DNA of 36,732 bases, taken from IMG/VR virus record IMGVR_UViG_3300031920_000373, positions 64,758 through 101,489 of that record; one strand, 5' to 3'. The notes under the pieces were generated by a model. The model ran no database searches. It was not told where the DNA came from and saw only the letters and a program-made list of their open reading frames with translations. Below, piece by piece: positions 7,422 to 16,549 of the stretch. The translations under genes were made by a program, and so were the position numbers. Position 1 is the first letter of the stretch; each line of letters begins with the position of its first letter. Source of the DNA: a virus.

Positions 7422-7702
7422 TATACTCCCCCTTCATTGTCGGGATCACCGTCTCTATCAGAGTCCATGTAATTCTCAACGGGGGGGATGGGTCTGTGGT
7501 ACAAGACAGTAGGTTGTGATTTAAGGTGGCTGTATAGAGTGCCCAAGCTGGTAATTACTATAAACATAATTATGGCAACTACCAGCTTAGTCACAAGTCC
7601 AAGGATAGCGGCATTGGCATGAACTACTTCTGACAAATCAACTAACCGCTTGGAATGATTATCCAATTCAGTAAAGATCCGATCTATTATTTTCCCTTCC
7701 AT
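7421..7702 (-). CDS. Holin-like single-TM membrane protein
   Basis: N-terminal coiled coil, then hydrophobic LGLVTKLVVAIIMFIVITSLGTLY; first gene of the lysis cassette. Confidence 0.5.
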   Translation of the reverse strand: MEGKIIDRIFTELDNHSKRLVDLSEVVHANAAILGLVTKLVVAIIMFIVITSLGTLYSHLKSQPTVLYHRPIPPVENYMDSDRDGDPDNEGGV

Positions 7703-7740
7703 TTTTTATCCTTATGGCAGAAATATCAAACAATTAAGGA

Positions 7741-8754
7741 TTAAAGCGCCTTAGTAGAAATCTCGAGGACTGCGGCTGTCAAATTACCAGTCAATGTATT
7801 GTTATCAATCCGAAGATCAATATATTGGCCTGCGGTGAGTGCTACTCCTATGGGAGAAAGGTTCATGGATTTATTTTCTCCCGCAAGGCCTGACACAGTA
7901 AAGGAAGTATTAGGAATAATAATCCCATCTGCATACAGGGAAGCAGTTGCATCCCAGGCGGCGCCTTCAGTTGAATCAATCTGGGCAGAAAATCCAATAT
8001 TATAAAGATCAGCATACAGAACAGTATATCTGGCGGGTCTCGTCCATGATCCCGTTTCATCTGCAACAAATGTTTCAGTAATGATAAAATGATCCGTATC
8101 AGGAACAGCCACAACGGAATAATCTCCATTGTAACTTGTGGTACTGACAATTGTAATTTCATCTCCTGCAATCAGTCCATGTGCTCCATCACCAAGAAGT
8201 ATAGTACCATCACCAATATCAGCCACATCAGCAATTGCTCCCGTAAGGTAATTCTGATACAGAAAAACTTCCTGTTGTGTATTGTCGAGTTCAGTGGCAA
8301 AAGGAACAATAGCCAAGGCGGCCCATGCTGTGTTTGCCCAGGTTCCTGAATAACTTGTTCTGGCACTTAACGTCAATTCACTCAAAATACCATACATGGT
8401 AAGAGAAGCGGAATTGATGACATAGAAATCAAAAGAATTAGGGATTGCAGGGAGATCGAAAGAGGCATTTCCAAGACTAAATGTTTCAAGACCTGAAAGC
8501 TGAACAACAATTCCATTCGTGCCCACCACATGCATAATCGGAATTATGATACGATAATCATCAACAGGCCAACTTGCAATTGGAGGCAATGTGATCGTTA
8601 TTGCTCCTGCTGTAGTATCAACCATAAGTAGCCCATCTCCCGGATCATACGTATAATTGGCCGAAATATGTTTGATTTTCTGGAAGAAATTCCCGCCCAC
8701 TCCAAAGTTTCCATCCTTAAAGTTATACTTCCAATTTCTTTCCGCTAAAGACAT
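7741..8754 (-). CDS. Putative virion structural or fibre protein
   Basis: Beta-rich; VDTTAGAITITLP motif and AHGL..GDEITI...YNGDY.V module often seen in phage tail proteins. Confidence 0.6.
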   Translation of the reverse strand: MSLAERNWKYNFKDGNFGVGGNFFQKIKHISANYTYDPGDGLLMVDTTAGAITITLPPIASWPVDDYRIIIPIMHVVGTNGIVVQLSGLETFSLGNASFDLPAIPNSFDFYVINSASLTMYGILSELTLSARTSYSGTWANTAWAALAIVPFATELDNTQQEVFLYQNYLTGAIADVADIGDGTILLGDGAHGLIAGDEITIVSTTSYNGDYSVVAVPDTDHFIITETFVADETGSWTRPARYTVLYADLYNIGFSAQIDSTEGAAWDATASLYADGIIIPNTSFTVSGLAGENKSMNLSPIGVALTAGQYIDLRIDNNTLTGNLTAAVLEISTKAL

Positions 8755-8802
8755 GATTTTCTCCTAAATTAATGATTTATGATCAACGTTCATTATTTTT
8801 CG

Positions 8803-8831
8803 TTATTAACAGATTAAGATAAGAAAGTCAA
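8803..8831 (-). promoter_or_regulatory. Candidate sigma70-type promoter
   Basis: TTGACT-17 nt-TAATAA upstream of the 8754 start; same -35 as the candidate capsid promoter. Confidence 0.35.
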
Positions 8832-8840
8832 GTTGGGCCA

Positions 8841-9005
8841 CCAGACAAATCAAGGGAGTCAATACAAGGTGAGTGTCCTTGTGTGGAGCTTAAAACCCTT
8901 GCTGTCTGGATTATTGAAGCATTCTTTCCCTGCCGGCAAGGATACTGATTTGAACGCTTCAATCGGCTTCTCTGTATGCATAGTCATTGACTACACACAA
9001 AAAGC
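8841..9005 (-). ncRNA. Candidate structured RNA (three tandem hairpins)
   Basis: Stems at 8966-9005, 8913-8963 and 8841-8909 tile the intergenic region; most G-U pairs favour the - strand. Confidence 0.45.
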
Positions 9006-9262
9006 TATAAAAACGTTAAGGATTCAAGTCCTACAATCACAAACGCTCGTATGTATTGAAAAAAGAAAACAATTAACCACAGCATTGAAGCCCAGAATAT
9101 TCTCCATGTATTTGAATTATAAGAATTAAACCATTTATTCAAAATAAAATCACTATTCTTATTTTTTAATTTGGTTCTCTTGGATATAAAAATATAGATG
9201 GGTATAAATAAGCCTCGTATAACTATTAAAACAGCCATTATAGTAAAATAATCTTTAACCAT
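9005..9262 (-). CDS. Small AT-rich membrane protein (2 hydrophobic segments)
   Basis: AAGGAG SD; hydrophobic stretches at both ends with a basic loop between. Confidence 0.6.
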   Translation of the reverse strand: MVKDYFTIMAVLIVIRGLFIPIYIFISKRTKLKNKNSDFILNKWFNSYNSNTWRIFWASMLWLIVFFFQYIRAFVIVGLESLTFL

Positions 9263-9277
9263 TTTATATTTCTCCTT

Positions 9278-11263
9278 CTATGTTGCTATTTCTAAAATCC
9301 AAAATTCAGCACTTACTGTTCCTGTGCCTACACCAACACTTGCCATAACTCCAAAATCTGTTGCCCCTACAAAACTGGAATAAGGTTTAAAAAAATTACC
9401 TCCACCAGGAGCATCTAATCCGTCCCATTGATGAATCATCCTTCTTGCTCCTGTAAATGGCGTTATTACGTCATCAGCATTAGGTCTTAAAAACATTGTT
9501 ATATTTGCTACTTTTGTGGAATCAATTGTAAAATGGGGAGTAAATAATATTCCCTTTGATGCACTCGGAGTTGTGTACATTGCTACCTGACTTTGTCCTG
9601 CACTATTTCCTGTAGTAAATAATCCTATCACCAACCACGCTGCTCCAGCTCCGGCCTCTTGAATTGTAAGAGTTCCGACACCACTTACTGATGTAGGTGA
9701 GGCATAACCTTCTGTTTCACTTATGTAGGATCTAAATATCCTGATATAATCATTTGCAAGTGGAGAAGGAGTAGTGCCAGTTAAAGTTACCTCCTCACTT
9801 TGCGCTGACCATATTCCCGCCGTTTCAACAAGGCCGAAAACCATAACCTTTGTTGCACCACCCCCACCCACTGCATCACTTGTACTGGTTGATACAACCT
9901 CAAGCGCAGTATTTACCATTGGGGTAGGGTAAACCCCGCCAATAGCCACAACACTCGAGGTTGTTCCAATGACATCATTACGGCCAAATTTATGAATTAA
10001 ACTATAACCAGGGACATTTCCGAGTTTAACCTCAGTAAAGAAATCCCTTGATAAATCCAATCCGTTTAAATCAATATCCTTCTCTACTCCATCAGAATTA
10101 AATCTGGTAGTTCTTAATTGTGAATTATTATTTACACTTATACCTGATTCAAGTTCTTCCATAGATATTTTAAGATTTGAACCGGCAGTGGCCTCAATAT
10201 CTGTTATAGAACCATCAGGTTTCAATGCCTGTAATCTTGCTGCCACCTCAATGTGTTTGAATATACCATATAAACCTGTCGTGATTGTGTCTGATGTATG
10301 AAATTCAATCCGCATTTGACTGAACTTTAAAGGAGCTGTGGAAAATAAATTTATTTTATATTTAGTGTTATCAGAACTCTCATCCACAATTAAAAATTCT
10401 TCCTGGCCTTGCTTTATATAAATTTTAACATTACTAAAATCACCACTTGGTCCTGCATCTATACCAAAAGAAGTTGTTAAAATGGGCCGTCTAAACGCCA
10501 ATGTAACTATTTTGGGATTAGTAACAGAATCATCTTTCTTTTCCAACCAAACATCACTCACCATACTTGTTAATATTTCAGTTTGGTTTGCTGTAGGATT
10601 CGATGTAATTATAAAGCCGCCCGTATCACATTCCTGTAGATATAAATCTTTACCATATACACTGTCACCATCAGTAGGTAATGGATTTTGAGCATCAATA
10701 TTTTTATATGTTTCATCGTCATTGGTTTTAACTTTCAAAATGGAGGTAACAAGTTCCGTATCATCATCTCCTGTTACAGTATCGCCTATTCTGTGTGTGG
10801 TTGGTTTTGAGTAAACAGAGGAATATATAGTCTGAATTACAAATTCAGTTTGGTCAGAAGATCCATTGGTAAATTTTATTCTAAAATACTTAGCAACCGG
10901 ATTTATTGCGTAAAGTTTTTCCGTTCCACCTATGTAATTGTAAGAATCATCACCAATAAAGACTTGATCGGGACTTTGTTGAAAAACTAATCCATATTCT
11001 AAAGAATCTTGATCAGAAGAAATAAAAATCTTAATTAAGGCATAATCTCTTATAAGTTCCCAATCTCCTGTGAAAGTTTCTCCTGCATTAAGAGAGGTTA
11101 CAGTAGAATTTACAACTGATTCTGTTCCTATCACACCTGCTGAAACAGTAGTCAAATATCCTTCTGGTGTGATAGCTAAGGTTCTTGCCTCATTATCTGT
11201 GTCAACAAGAGTTCTGCCTCTGTCTATTCGGGCACGTTCATGTTGGAAGGGATTGCCAGCCAT
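9278..11263 (-). CDS. Putative virion structural protein (multi-domain, beta-rich)
   Basis: 661 aa; GGAGG SD; C-terminal domain starting GNVPGYSLIHKFGRN...LEVVSTSTSD recalls environmental phage structural proteins. Confidence 0.55.
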   Translation of the reverse strand: MAGNPFQHERARIDRGRTLVDTDNEARTLAITPEGYLTTVSAGVIGTESVVNSTVTSLNAGETFTGDWELIRDYALIKIFISSDQDSLEYGLVFQQSPDQVFIGDDSYNYIGGTEKLYAINPVAKYFRIKFTNGSSDQTEFVIQTIYSSVYSKPTTHRIGDTVTGDDDTELVTSILKVKTNDDETYKNIDAQNPLPTDGDSVYGKDLYLQECDTGGFIITSNPTANQTEILTSMVSDVWLEKKDDSVTNPKIVTLAFRRPILTTSFGIDAGPSGDFSNVKIYIKQGQEEFLIVDESSDNTKYKINLFSTAPLKFSQMRIEFHTSDTITTGLYGIFKHIEVAARLQALKPDGSITDIEATAGSNLKISMEELESGISVNNNSQLRTTRFNSDGVEKDIDLNGLDLSRDFFTEVKLGNVPGYSLIHKFGRNDVIGTTSSVVAIGGVYPTPMVNTALEVVSTSTSDAVGGGGATKVMVFGLVETAGIWSAQSEEVTLTGTTPSPLANDYIRIFRSYISETEGYASPTSVSGVGTLTIQEAGAGAAWLVIGLFTTGNSAGQSQVAMYTTPSASKGILFTPHFTIDSTKVANITMFLRPNADDVITPFTGARRMIHQWDGLDAPGGGNFFKPYSSFVGATDFGVMASVGVGTGTVSAEFWILEIAT

Positions 11264-11277
11264 CTTGACCTCCTATA

Positions 11278-11715
11278 TTAAACTACACAAGGTGTATTTT
11301 TAAGGTTATTAATCAGCACTTCTCTTTTAATTTCAAAGTGGCAAAAATTAACGGACTTCCTATTCATACCTGACCATTGTAATTCAGGACAAAGATCAAG
11401 CACTGAATTTCCAAAAAGAATATACCAAGAGTTAGTGGTAGTATCTCTTAAATTCCATGACCATTTTGTATCAAAGTAAACGTAATCAACAGCGGTTGCG
11501 TAAAGAGGTGGAACGTTTTTTAAATTGAACAAATGTCTGGATATGATATCCTTAGTCTTACCTTTATTAACCAGCATTTCATGACGATCATGATCTCTAC
11601 CAGTTTCAAATAATCGAATAGGCATATTATGTGCGTCAATAAGTTGGGAACTGATTCTTCTGACACATTCAGCCAATATAGGATGAAGTACGTCTATTGT
11701 CCTTTTGATTTTCAT
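11278..11715 (-). CDS. Peptidase M15 (CwlK/Ply500-like L-Ala-D-Glu peptidase) cell-wall hydrolase
   Basis: LHP.L...FETGR...SRH...AVD...LQWSG...HFEI. Confidence 0.75.
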   Translation of the reverse strand: MKIKRTIDVLHPILAECVRRISSQLIDAHNMPIRLFETGRDHDRHEMLVNKGKTKDIISRHLFNLKNVPPLYATAVDYVYFDTKWSWNLRDTTTNSWYILFGNSVLDLCPELQWSGMNRKSVNFCHFEIKREVLINNLKNTPCVV

Positions 11716-11942
11716 ATATTAAATTCCTTATAAGTTTGGGAACTTTTAGTTCTGCCTATAATAGTACCATTCTTAATCACAACTGACTGTCCTGGTAAAT
11801 AAATATCAGCGGCTTCAGCAATATACTTCCTACTTTTTCTGTCAATAACGGAGTAAGATGTATTGCCAACTCTATTCACAATCGTCACTATCTTGGATAC
11901 TTCTTCTGAGGAAGGCGTAATTAATGAAGTGATTGGATCCAT
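11712..11942 (-). CDS. Small tail-tip (spike-like) protein
   Basis: 76 aa, beta/OB-like pattern (PGQSVVIKNGTIIG); follows the tail hub genes. Confidence 0.5.
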   Translation of the reverse strand: MDPITSLITPSSEEVSKIVTIVNRVGNTSYSVIDRKSRKYIAEAADIYLPGQSVVIKNGTIIGRTKSSQTYKEFNI

Positions 11943-12283
11943 TATAAATTCCTCTCTATGGTCATGTTCGTGGCAGTTGAAAAGACATCACCACTCTTTT
12001 TGAGGGACAATTTTATGCTTTTCAACATGCCATTAACAATTATGCCATCATCATTTATCCCCACAAAACTTCCAGGGTATGCGTAAATCCTTGATGCAAG
12101 AGATATGTTGGAATTTATACGATTGGTATAGCCTTCATCAATCTCAACCCTGCCACGCTCCAATGCCACATCCTCATTTGTTAAGAGGACTTCGGAGATA
12201 TCATTGCCCCAATTCAATGCTGGATCAGTCTCTTTGCATTGACTTGGAAATGTGTTTCCTCTACATACCTTTATTCCGATCAT
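11942..12283 (-). CDS. Tail-tip/hub protein
   Basis: DISEVLLT...ALERGRVEID...PGSFV; coupled within the tail operon. Confidence 0.55.
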   Translation of the reverse strand: MIGIKVCRGNTFPSQCKETDPALNWGNDISEVLLTNEDVALERGRVEIDEGYTNRINSNISLASRIYAYPGSFVGINDDGIIVNGMLKSIKLSLKKSGDVFSTATNMTIERNL

Positions 12284-12287
12284 GACA

Positions 12288-12815
12288 TTATGCTCCTATC
12301 ATAAAGATAAAAATGGTGATCTGATAATTGCCATCCTCATCAAGAACTATCGGAGTGGGCGGGGTTAACATATATTGTTTTTGAAAAGTTACGTTAAGGG
12401 TAGCCTCTCCTGTACAAGGGCCTCCGGCGATAAGTTTCAAATTAGTATCACTTACCTCTACTGTGCCTGATAATCCTCCAACCCATGCAGGTTGTCCTAT
12501 CAAACTGGCATTTGCATAGGTTATACCCGAAGTATCTCCTACCTTTGAAAAGGTAACATCATCCTTTCTTTCCTGTGTGAGTGGTCCGCCAATTTCTGAA
12601 AGTGTACCTGCTGTGAGTGATATAGAACCTACGGATAAGGTACTTCCATAATGAAGAAGGATAACAGGCTGATCAGGAGCATCCGAATCAAATGTACTCT
12701 TGACATTACCGTCAGAGTCAAGGTTATTAGTGTGTTCTGGATCAAATTCCACCACAACCGTGTCACTTATTACACCTTCACCGAATGATACAACTATACT
12801 TGCTTCTACTGCCAT
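12288..12815 (-). CDS. Tail-tip protein (possible distant paralog of the 16.5-20.3 kb genes)
   Basis: AGGAG SD; N-terminal IVVSFG resembles the VVNFS/VDFS/VNFG starts. Confidence 0.55.
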   Translation of the reverse strand: MAVEASIVVSFGEGVISDTVVVEFDPEHTNNLDSDGNVKSTFDSDAPDQPVILLHYGSTLSVGSISLTAGTLSEIGGPLTQERKDDVTFSKVGDTSGITYANASLIGQPAWVGGLSGTVEVSDTNLKLIAGGPCTGEATLNVTFQKQYMLTPPTPIVLDEDGNYQITIFIFMIGA

Positions 12816-12830
12816 TTTTTTATCTCCTAT

Positions 12831-14861
12831 TTAAATTGTCTCTAATTCCGGTACATAAACCTGTGCATAAGCATTAAGCGGTCCTCTGACTGTCCATTTC
12901 CAATATTTCGTTTTATACTTAATCCTCAATAAGGATTCTTTCAAACTATCATCTTGTGTAATGGCTGTCAACGTTCCATTTTCAGATATCTGAAAGGCTC
13001 CCATATCTTCAGCCACCCATTCCCAATCAATAATCTCATAGATCGGGAAATTAGTTGTTCCAACCCAATCAATAAATTCAACATATTCCCATTCTTCTTC
13101 ATCTTCTGTGAAGTCTCCAGGGAGGCTGGCCTCTATATAAGAGGAGTCTTTAACAACTGAAATAGTGGGACCACCCGAAGTCACAAGTTCAAAAGGACCT
13201 GAATCAAAAGGAACTCTGAATCCTCTAATTATTTTGGTGGTGCCGTCAACATCAATTTCTACCAATTTAATATCTGCCGCTGAACTGCCCTGGTCTGTGA
13301 TTAAGAAGGCATTTTTACCTTCATTTATAATCATAGAATCGGCAATGGATACTATATCCGTTTCAGAACTAAAAATTACGGAGGGTATAGTTACATCCCA
13401 TAATGTTGGAGATACAGGGTATTTACTGGTAATCAACATATCACCATTAGGTTTAGTTTGGATAATCCCTCCTACTGCATTTACCACTTTCTTTATTACA
13501 GCAAAGGGTGTTTCATCATTTGCAGAAATGGCATAATTAGGAATAGCCCAATCAATTATATCCCAATCAACTGCGATACTTTGATAATCTGCCATTTGTT
13601 GTACAAGTGCGGAAGCATAAATCCCATCAGTGAAACTCTTTACCATTGTTTTAGAATAGGGTGAATCCAGTTTCGCTGTAGGACTTATCATATCTATTGC
13701 CCAAGTGGCACCAGTGGCGTTTGTTTTCTTCTTTCCTCTGGTTTCAATAAAGAGATTAAAAGTCACACCATCAATTATGCATGCCACCTCTCCATCCACT
13801 GGACAATTTTGATAATCAACCTCGGATGCTAATTCCATGTTTCCGATAATAACGTATTTATCCATTCCTGCTTCTATATCGACTGAAAAGAAATCAATAG
13901 GAGTGCCATTTACTTCCACAGAAACACTTACTGTATTTTCCACCGATGTTTCCGATACCAAATAGTAAGGCATAGAAAAATCATTTGTTATTTTATTCAA
14001 GTTCTCCAATTCATAATTTTGTTCAAATGATGCAATGATATCCGTAGATGATATTCCCCAGGATTCATTTACAACCAATGTTGCTCCTGTAGTGAAAACA
14101 TACAATTCAGTTACTTGGTTTCGTGATAATAATGCATCATTATACCTCTGTTCAATTGCTTTGTATAATACTGAAGTATCTCCGTAAAATTCAGCATATG
14201 TTTTAAGTGTTGTAGGTCTATTTCCGTACAATAAGTCTTTAGACGAAATAGAAAATGGAGCATCATTATAAAATTCCATATAAAATTCAGTAGCTACGGG
14301 TGAATCTGTATATGGTAAAATTTTAGAACTAACAGAACAAGGTTTATCCTCGTACAACTCAATGAAATTCTTAATAGGTACAAGTGCGTCTGAGTATCTT
14401 AAAGAAATAATCCTTTTAAGAATAGAAGAATCAGCATAGTATTCATTAATAAGTGCAAGTGAGACTGGTTTATCTCCATACCACTCTACACACGTTATTC
14501 CCATCTTTAATCCATAGATCTCAGAAACAAAATTTATATTAGGACGAGAAATACCCCAAATTTCCTCAATTGCTTTTATATTATCCGTACTAAAGGAATA
14601 GAACTCCTCAAAAACATGCGCAAGAGGAGGTGGTAATATCCACGGTAAATCAAACGCTCTATATGCATACGTATAATAAATCCATTCCTGATCAAAACTA
14701 TGTACCGCATAAATATAGGAGGAGTAAGGTTCGTTAAATGTAGCTCTAACAGAGGTAATAACTGTACCTAATTCAAAATCTAATCTACCATTAGTTGGCG
14801 GAGTATAACCACCAACTAATGTAAAACTCACCTCTATTTCTGGAGGAACATATACTGCCAT
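12831..14861 (-). CDS. Tail protein with 14-residue repeats and a hub-like C-terminal half
   Basis: Aromatic residue every 14 aa over ~aa 41-300; C-terminal VDWDIIDWAIP...ETPFAVIKKVVNAVGGIIQTKPNG is hub-like. Confidence 0.65.
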   Translation of the reverse strand: MAVYVPPEIEVSFTLVGGYTPPTNGRLDFELGTVITSVRATFNEPYSSYIYAVHSFDQEWIYYTYAYRAFDLPWILPPPLAHVFEEFYSFSTDNIKAIEEIWGISRPNINFVSEIYGLKMGITCVEWYGDKPVSLALINEYYADSSILKRIISLRYSDALVPIKNFIELYEDKPCSVSSKILPYTDSPVATEFYMEFYNDAPFSISSKDLLYGNRPTTLKTYAEFYGDTSVLYKAIEQRYNDALLSRNQVTELYVFTTGATLVVNESWGISSTDIIASFEQNYELENLNKITNDFSMPYYLVSETSVENTVSVSVEVNGTPIDFFSVDIEAGMDKYVIIGNMELASEVDYQNCPVDGEVACIIDGVTFNLFIETRGKKKTNATGATWAIDMISPTAKLDSPYSKTMVKSFTDGIYASALVQQMADYQSIAVDWDIIDWAIPNYAISANDETPFAVIKKVVNAVGGIIQTKPNGDMLITSKYPVSPTLWDVTIPSVIFSSETDIVSIADSMIINEGKNAFLITDQGSSAADIKLVEIDVDGTTKIIRGFRVPFDSGPFELVTSGGPTISVVKDSSYIEASLPGDFTEDEEEWEYVEFIDWVGTTNFPIYEIIDWEWVAEDMGAFQISENGTLTAITQDDSLKESLLRIKYKTKYWKWTVRGPLNAYAQVYVPELETI
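13960..14741 (-). repeat. Degenerate 42-nt (14-aa) tandem coding repeat
   Basis: WYGDKPVSLALINE/YYADSSILKRIISL/RYSDALVPIKNFIE/LYEDKPCSVSSKIL/PYTDSPVATEFYME/FYNDAPFSISSKDL/LYGNRPTTLKTYAE/FYGDTSVLYKAIEQ/RYNDALLSRNQVTE. Confidence 0.8.
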
Positions 14862-14876
14862 TTTATTTCTCCTATT

Positions 14877-15170
14877 CTATCCTGTAAAAGGAACGTGTTC
14901 ATAAATAAGTGAATTTTCATCTACACCACCTATGCATATGACTCTAAATTCAGTATCCAAATCAATTACTTTAACCGAGATACTCCATATGCCTGTTGTT
15001 GGATCAGATGTGGTAGTTCCAGCTAATTCAGTTGTACCATTTAATATTGTATACACAAGAATAGTCCTTTCTACAGGCACCCCACTTACTGTGACTACTC
15101 CCCAAAGAGATTGTGAGGCAACTCTCGCTCCCTTAAATACAGGAATAAATTTACCAGCTAATACAGCCAT
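14877..15170 (-). CDS. Small beta-sandwich tail-fibre-associated protein
   Basis: GVVTVSGVPVERTILVY...TTTSDPTTGIW motif common next to fibre genes. Confidence 0.6.
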   Translation of the reverse strand: MAVLAGKFIPVFKGARVASQSLWGVVTVSGVPVERTILVYTILNGTTELAGTTTSDPTTGIWSISVKVIDLDTEFRVICIGGVDENSLIYEHVPFTG

Positions 15171-15173
15171 TTT

Positions 15174-16217
15174 TTATACCTCCAATATAGCAAAATATAG
15201 ATTGCTATAAAATTTATGACATCTCCATTTTGTTCCGTCTACTTCAAGAAGTAGGTCATGTATCGTATAAAATGCATTAAAAGTGCCTGTTTTGCAATAT
15301 TTGTCCAGATACCCCGGACATCCTGATGCATGTGTGAGTAATGTTTGGTATATGCCTACAAAATCACTAAAACTTTCAGGATCATAATTACTTACAGGTA
15401 AATTAGGAGTAATTAGCATAGGAGTAGATTGTATTAAAGTCCCATCTGGCAGTATTAAAGACACTACTGTACTATATGAGATAGTGGAGTTTTGTGCAAA
15501 TAATCCCACATGATCTGAGAATTTACATCCTGTGGTATAACTATTTACTAAATCAACTGTTATGATATTTCCAGATAATGTAATAATTGTTGATTTTTCT
15601 ATTTTAACTGTGGAATTATCATTAGTATGGGTAGTCCTTACATATACATCCATACCAATGAACCAATGAGAAGGAATAGCATCAAGGGTAACAGACACAC
15701 CACTACCCGCCGTTAACGAAGAAGCACTAATCCCTGCCACCCCTGTTAAACCTGGGTATATGGGAAGGGCTCTTCCCATAATAGTAGGATAGGAATAAGT
15801 TACATCTTTATCAAATATAGGGAGAATGTAGTCAAGATTTCCATATACCCATAAGTATGAATTGGAAGTAGTATCACTGACCTGTGCAAGGGTCGTACTG
15901 GTATTTACCTGATTAGCTCCTGTGTGTGTTGTGGGGTCCCATGCCTGAAATAAATGAAAGTTCATATAACTGGAAGCCCACGACATCCTAATGTACATGT
16001 CATCATCTCCACCTTCGCCCGGAGAATAAAAAACACACCAATCGTTAAGTTGTGGATTGTCCTCATCTACTGCGTAAGAAGAATCAAATAAGGTCCACCC
16101 TATTCCTGTTGTAGAATAATCATAAGTTCCATTTCGGGCACAAATAAAATCTCTCCATCTTGAAAATACTTCTTTTTTGCTCGTCACATTAACATTTAAC
16201 AAGTTTTTATATGCCAT
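15174..16217 (-). CDS. Putative tail fibre or virion protein
   Basis: 347 aa, Thr/Ser/aromatic-rich; GGGAG SD; tail operon context. Confidence 0.55.
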   Translation of the reverse strand: MAYKNLLNVNVTSKKEVFSRWRDFICARNGTYDYSTTGIGWTLFDSSYAVDEDNPQLNDWCVFYSPGEGGDDDMYIRMSWASSYMNFHLFQAWDPTTHTGANQVNTSTTLAQVSDTTSNSYLWVYGNLDYILPIFDKDVTYSYPTIMGRALPIYPGLTGVAGISASSLTAGSGVSVTLDAIPSHWFIGMDVYVRTTHTNDNSTVKIEKSTIITLSGNIITVDLVNSYTTGCKFSDHVGLFAQNSTISYSTVVSLILPDGTLIQSTPMLITPNLPVSNYDPESFSDFVGIYQTLLTHASGCPGYLDKYCKTGTFNAFYTIHDLLLEVDGTKWRCHKFYSNLYFAILEV

Positions 16218-16240
16218 TTTGTTTCTCCCTGTTTGATACT

Positions 16241-16549
16241 TTATTTCATTATCTCACTATACCTACATTTTTTACACCCAAGTATCAATAACTTTTCTGC
16301 ATTTATTATAGGTAATAATATTCCTTCATCACACATAGGGCATTTATACCCTTGTCTCTCTTTATGAACTTTGGTAATTACCTCTTTTTGATGTTTTTTA
16401 CCAACTACTATTCTTAGTTGTAAATGATCCTCTATTTCTTTTTTTAAAACAGATATAGTATCAATTCCTTCTCTCTCACAAATAGTTAATAAGGCGATTG
16501 CATTTTGTAAATCTCTTCCTGTAAATGCTTCAAAATTTAACATATCCAC
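16241..16549 (-). CDS. Zn-ribbon protein
   Basis: CPMC...GCKKCRYS at the C-terminus. Confidence 0.65.
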   Translation of the reverse strand: MDMLNFEAFTGRDLQNAIALLTICEREGIDTISVLKKEIEDHLQLRIVVGKKHQKEVITKVHKERQGYKCPMCDEGILLPIINAEKLLILGCKKCRYSEIMK

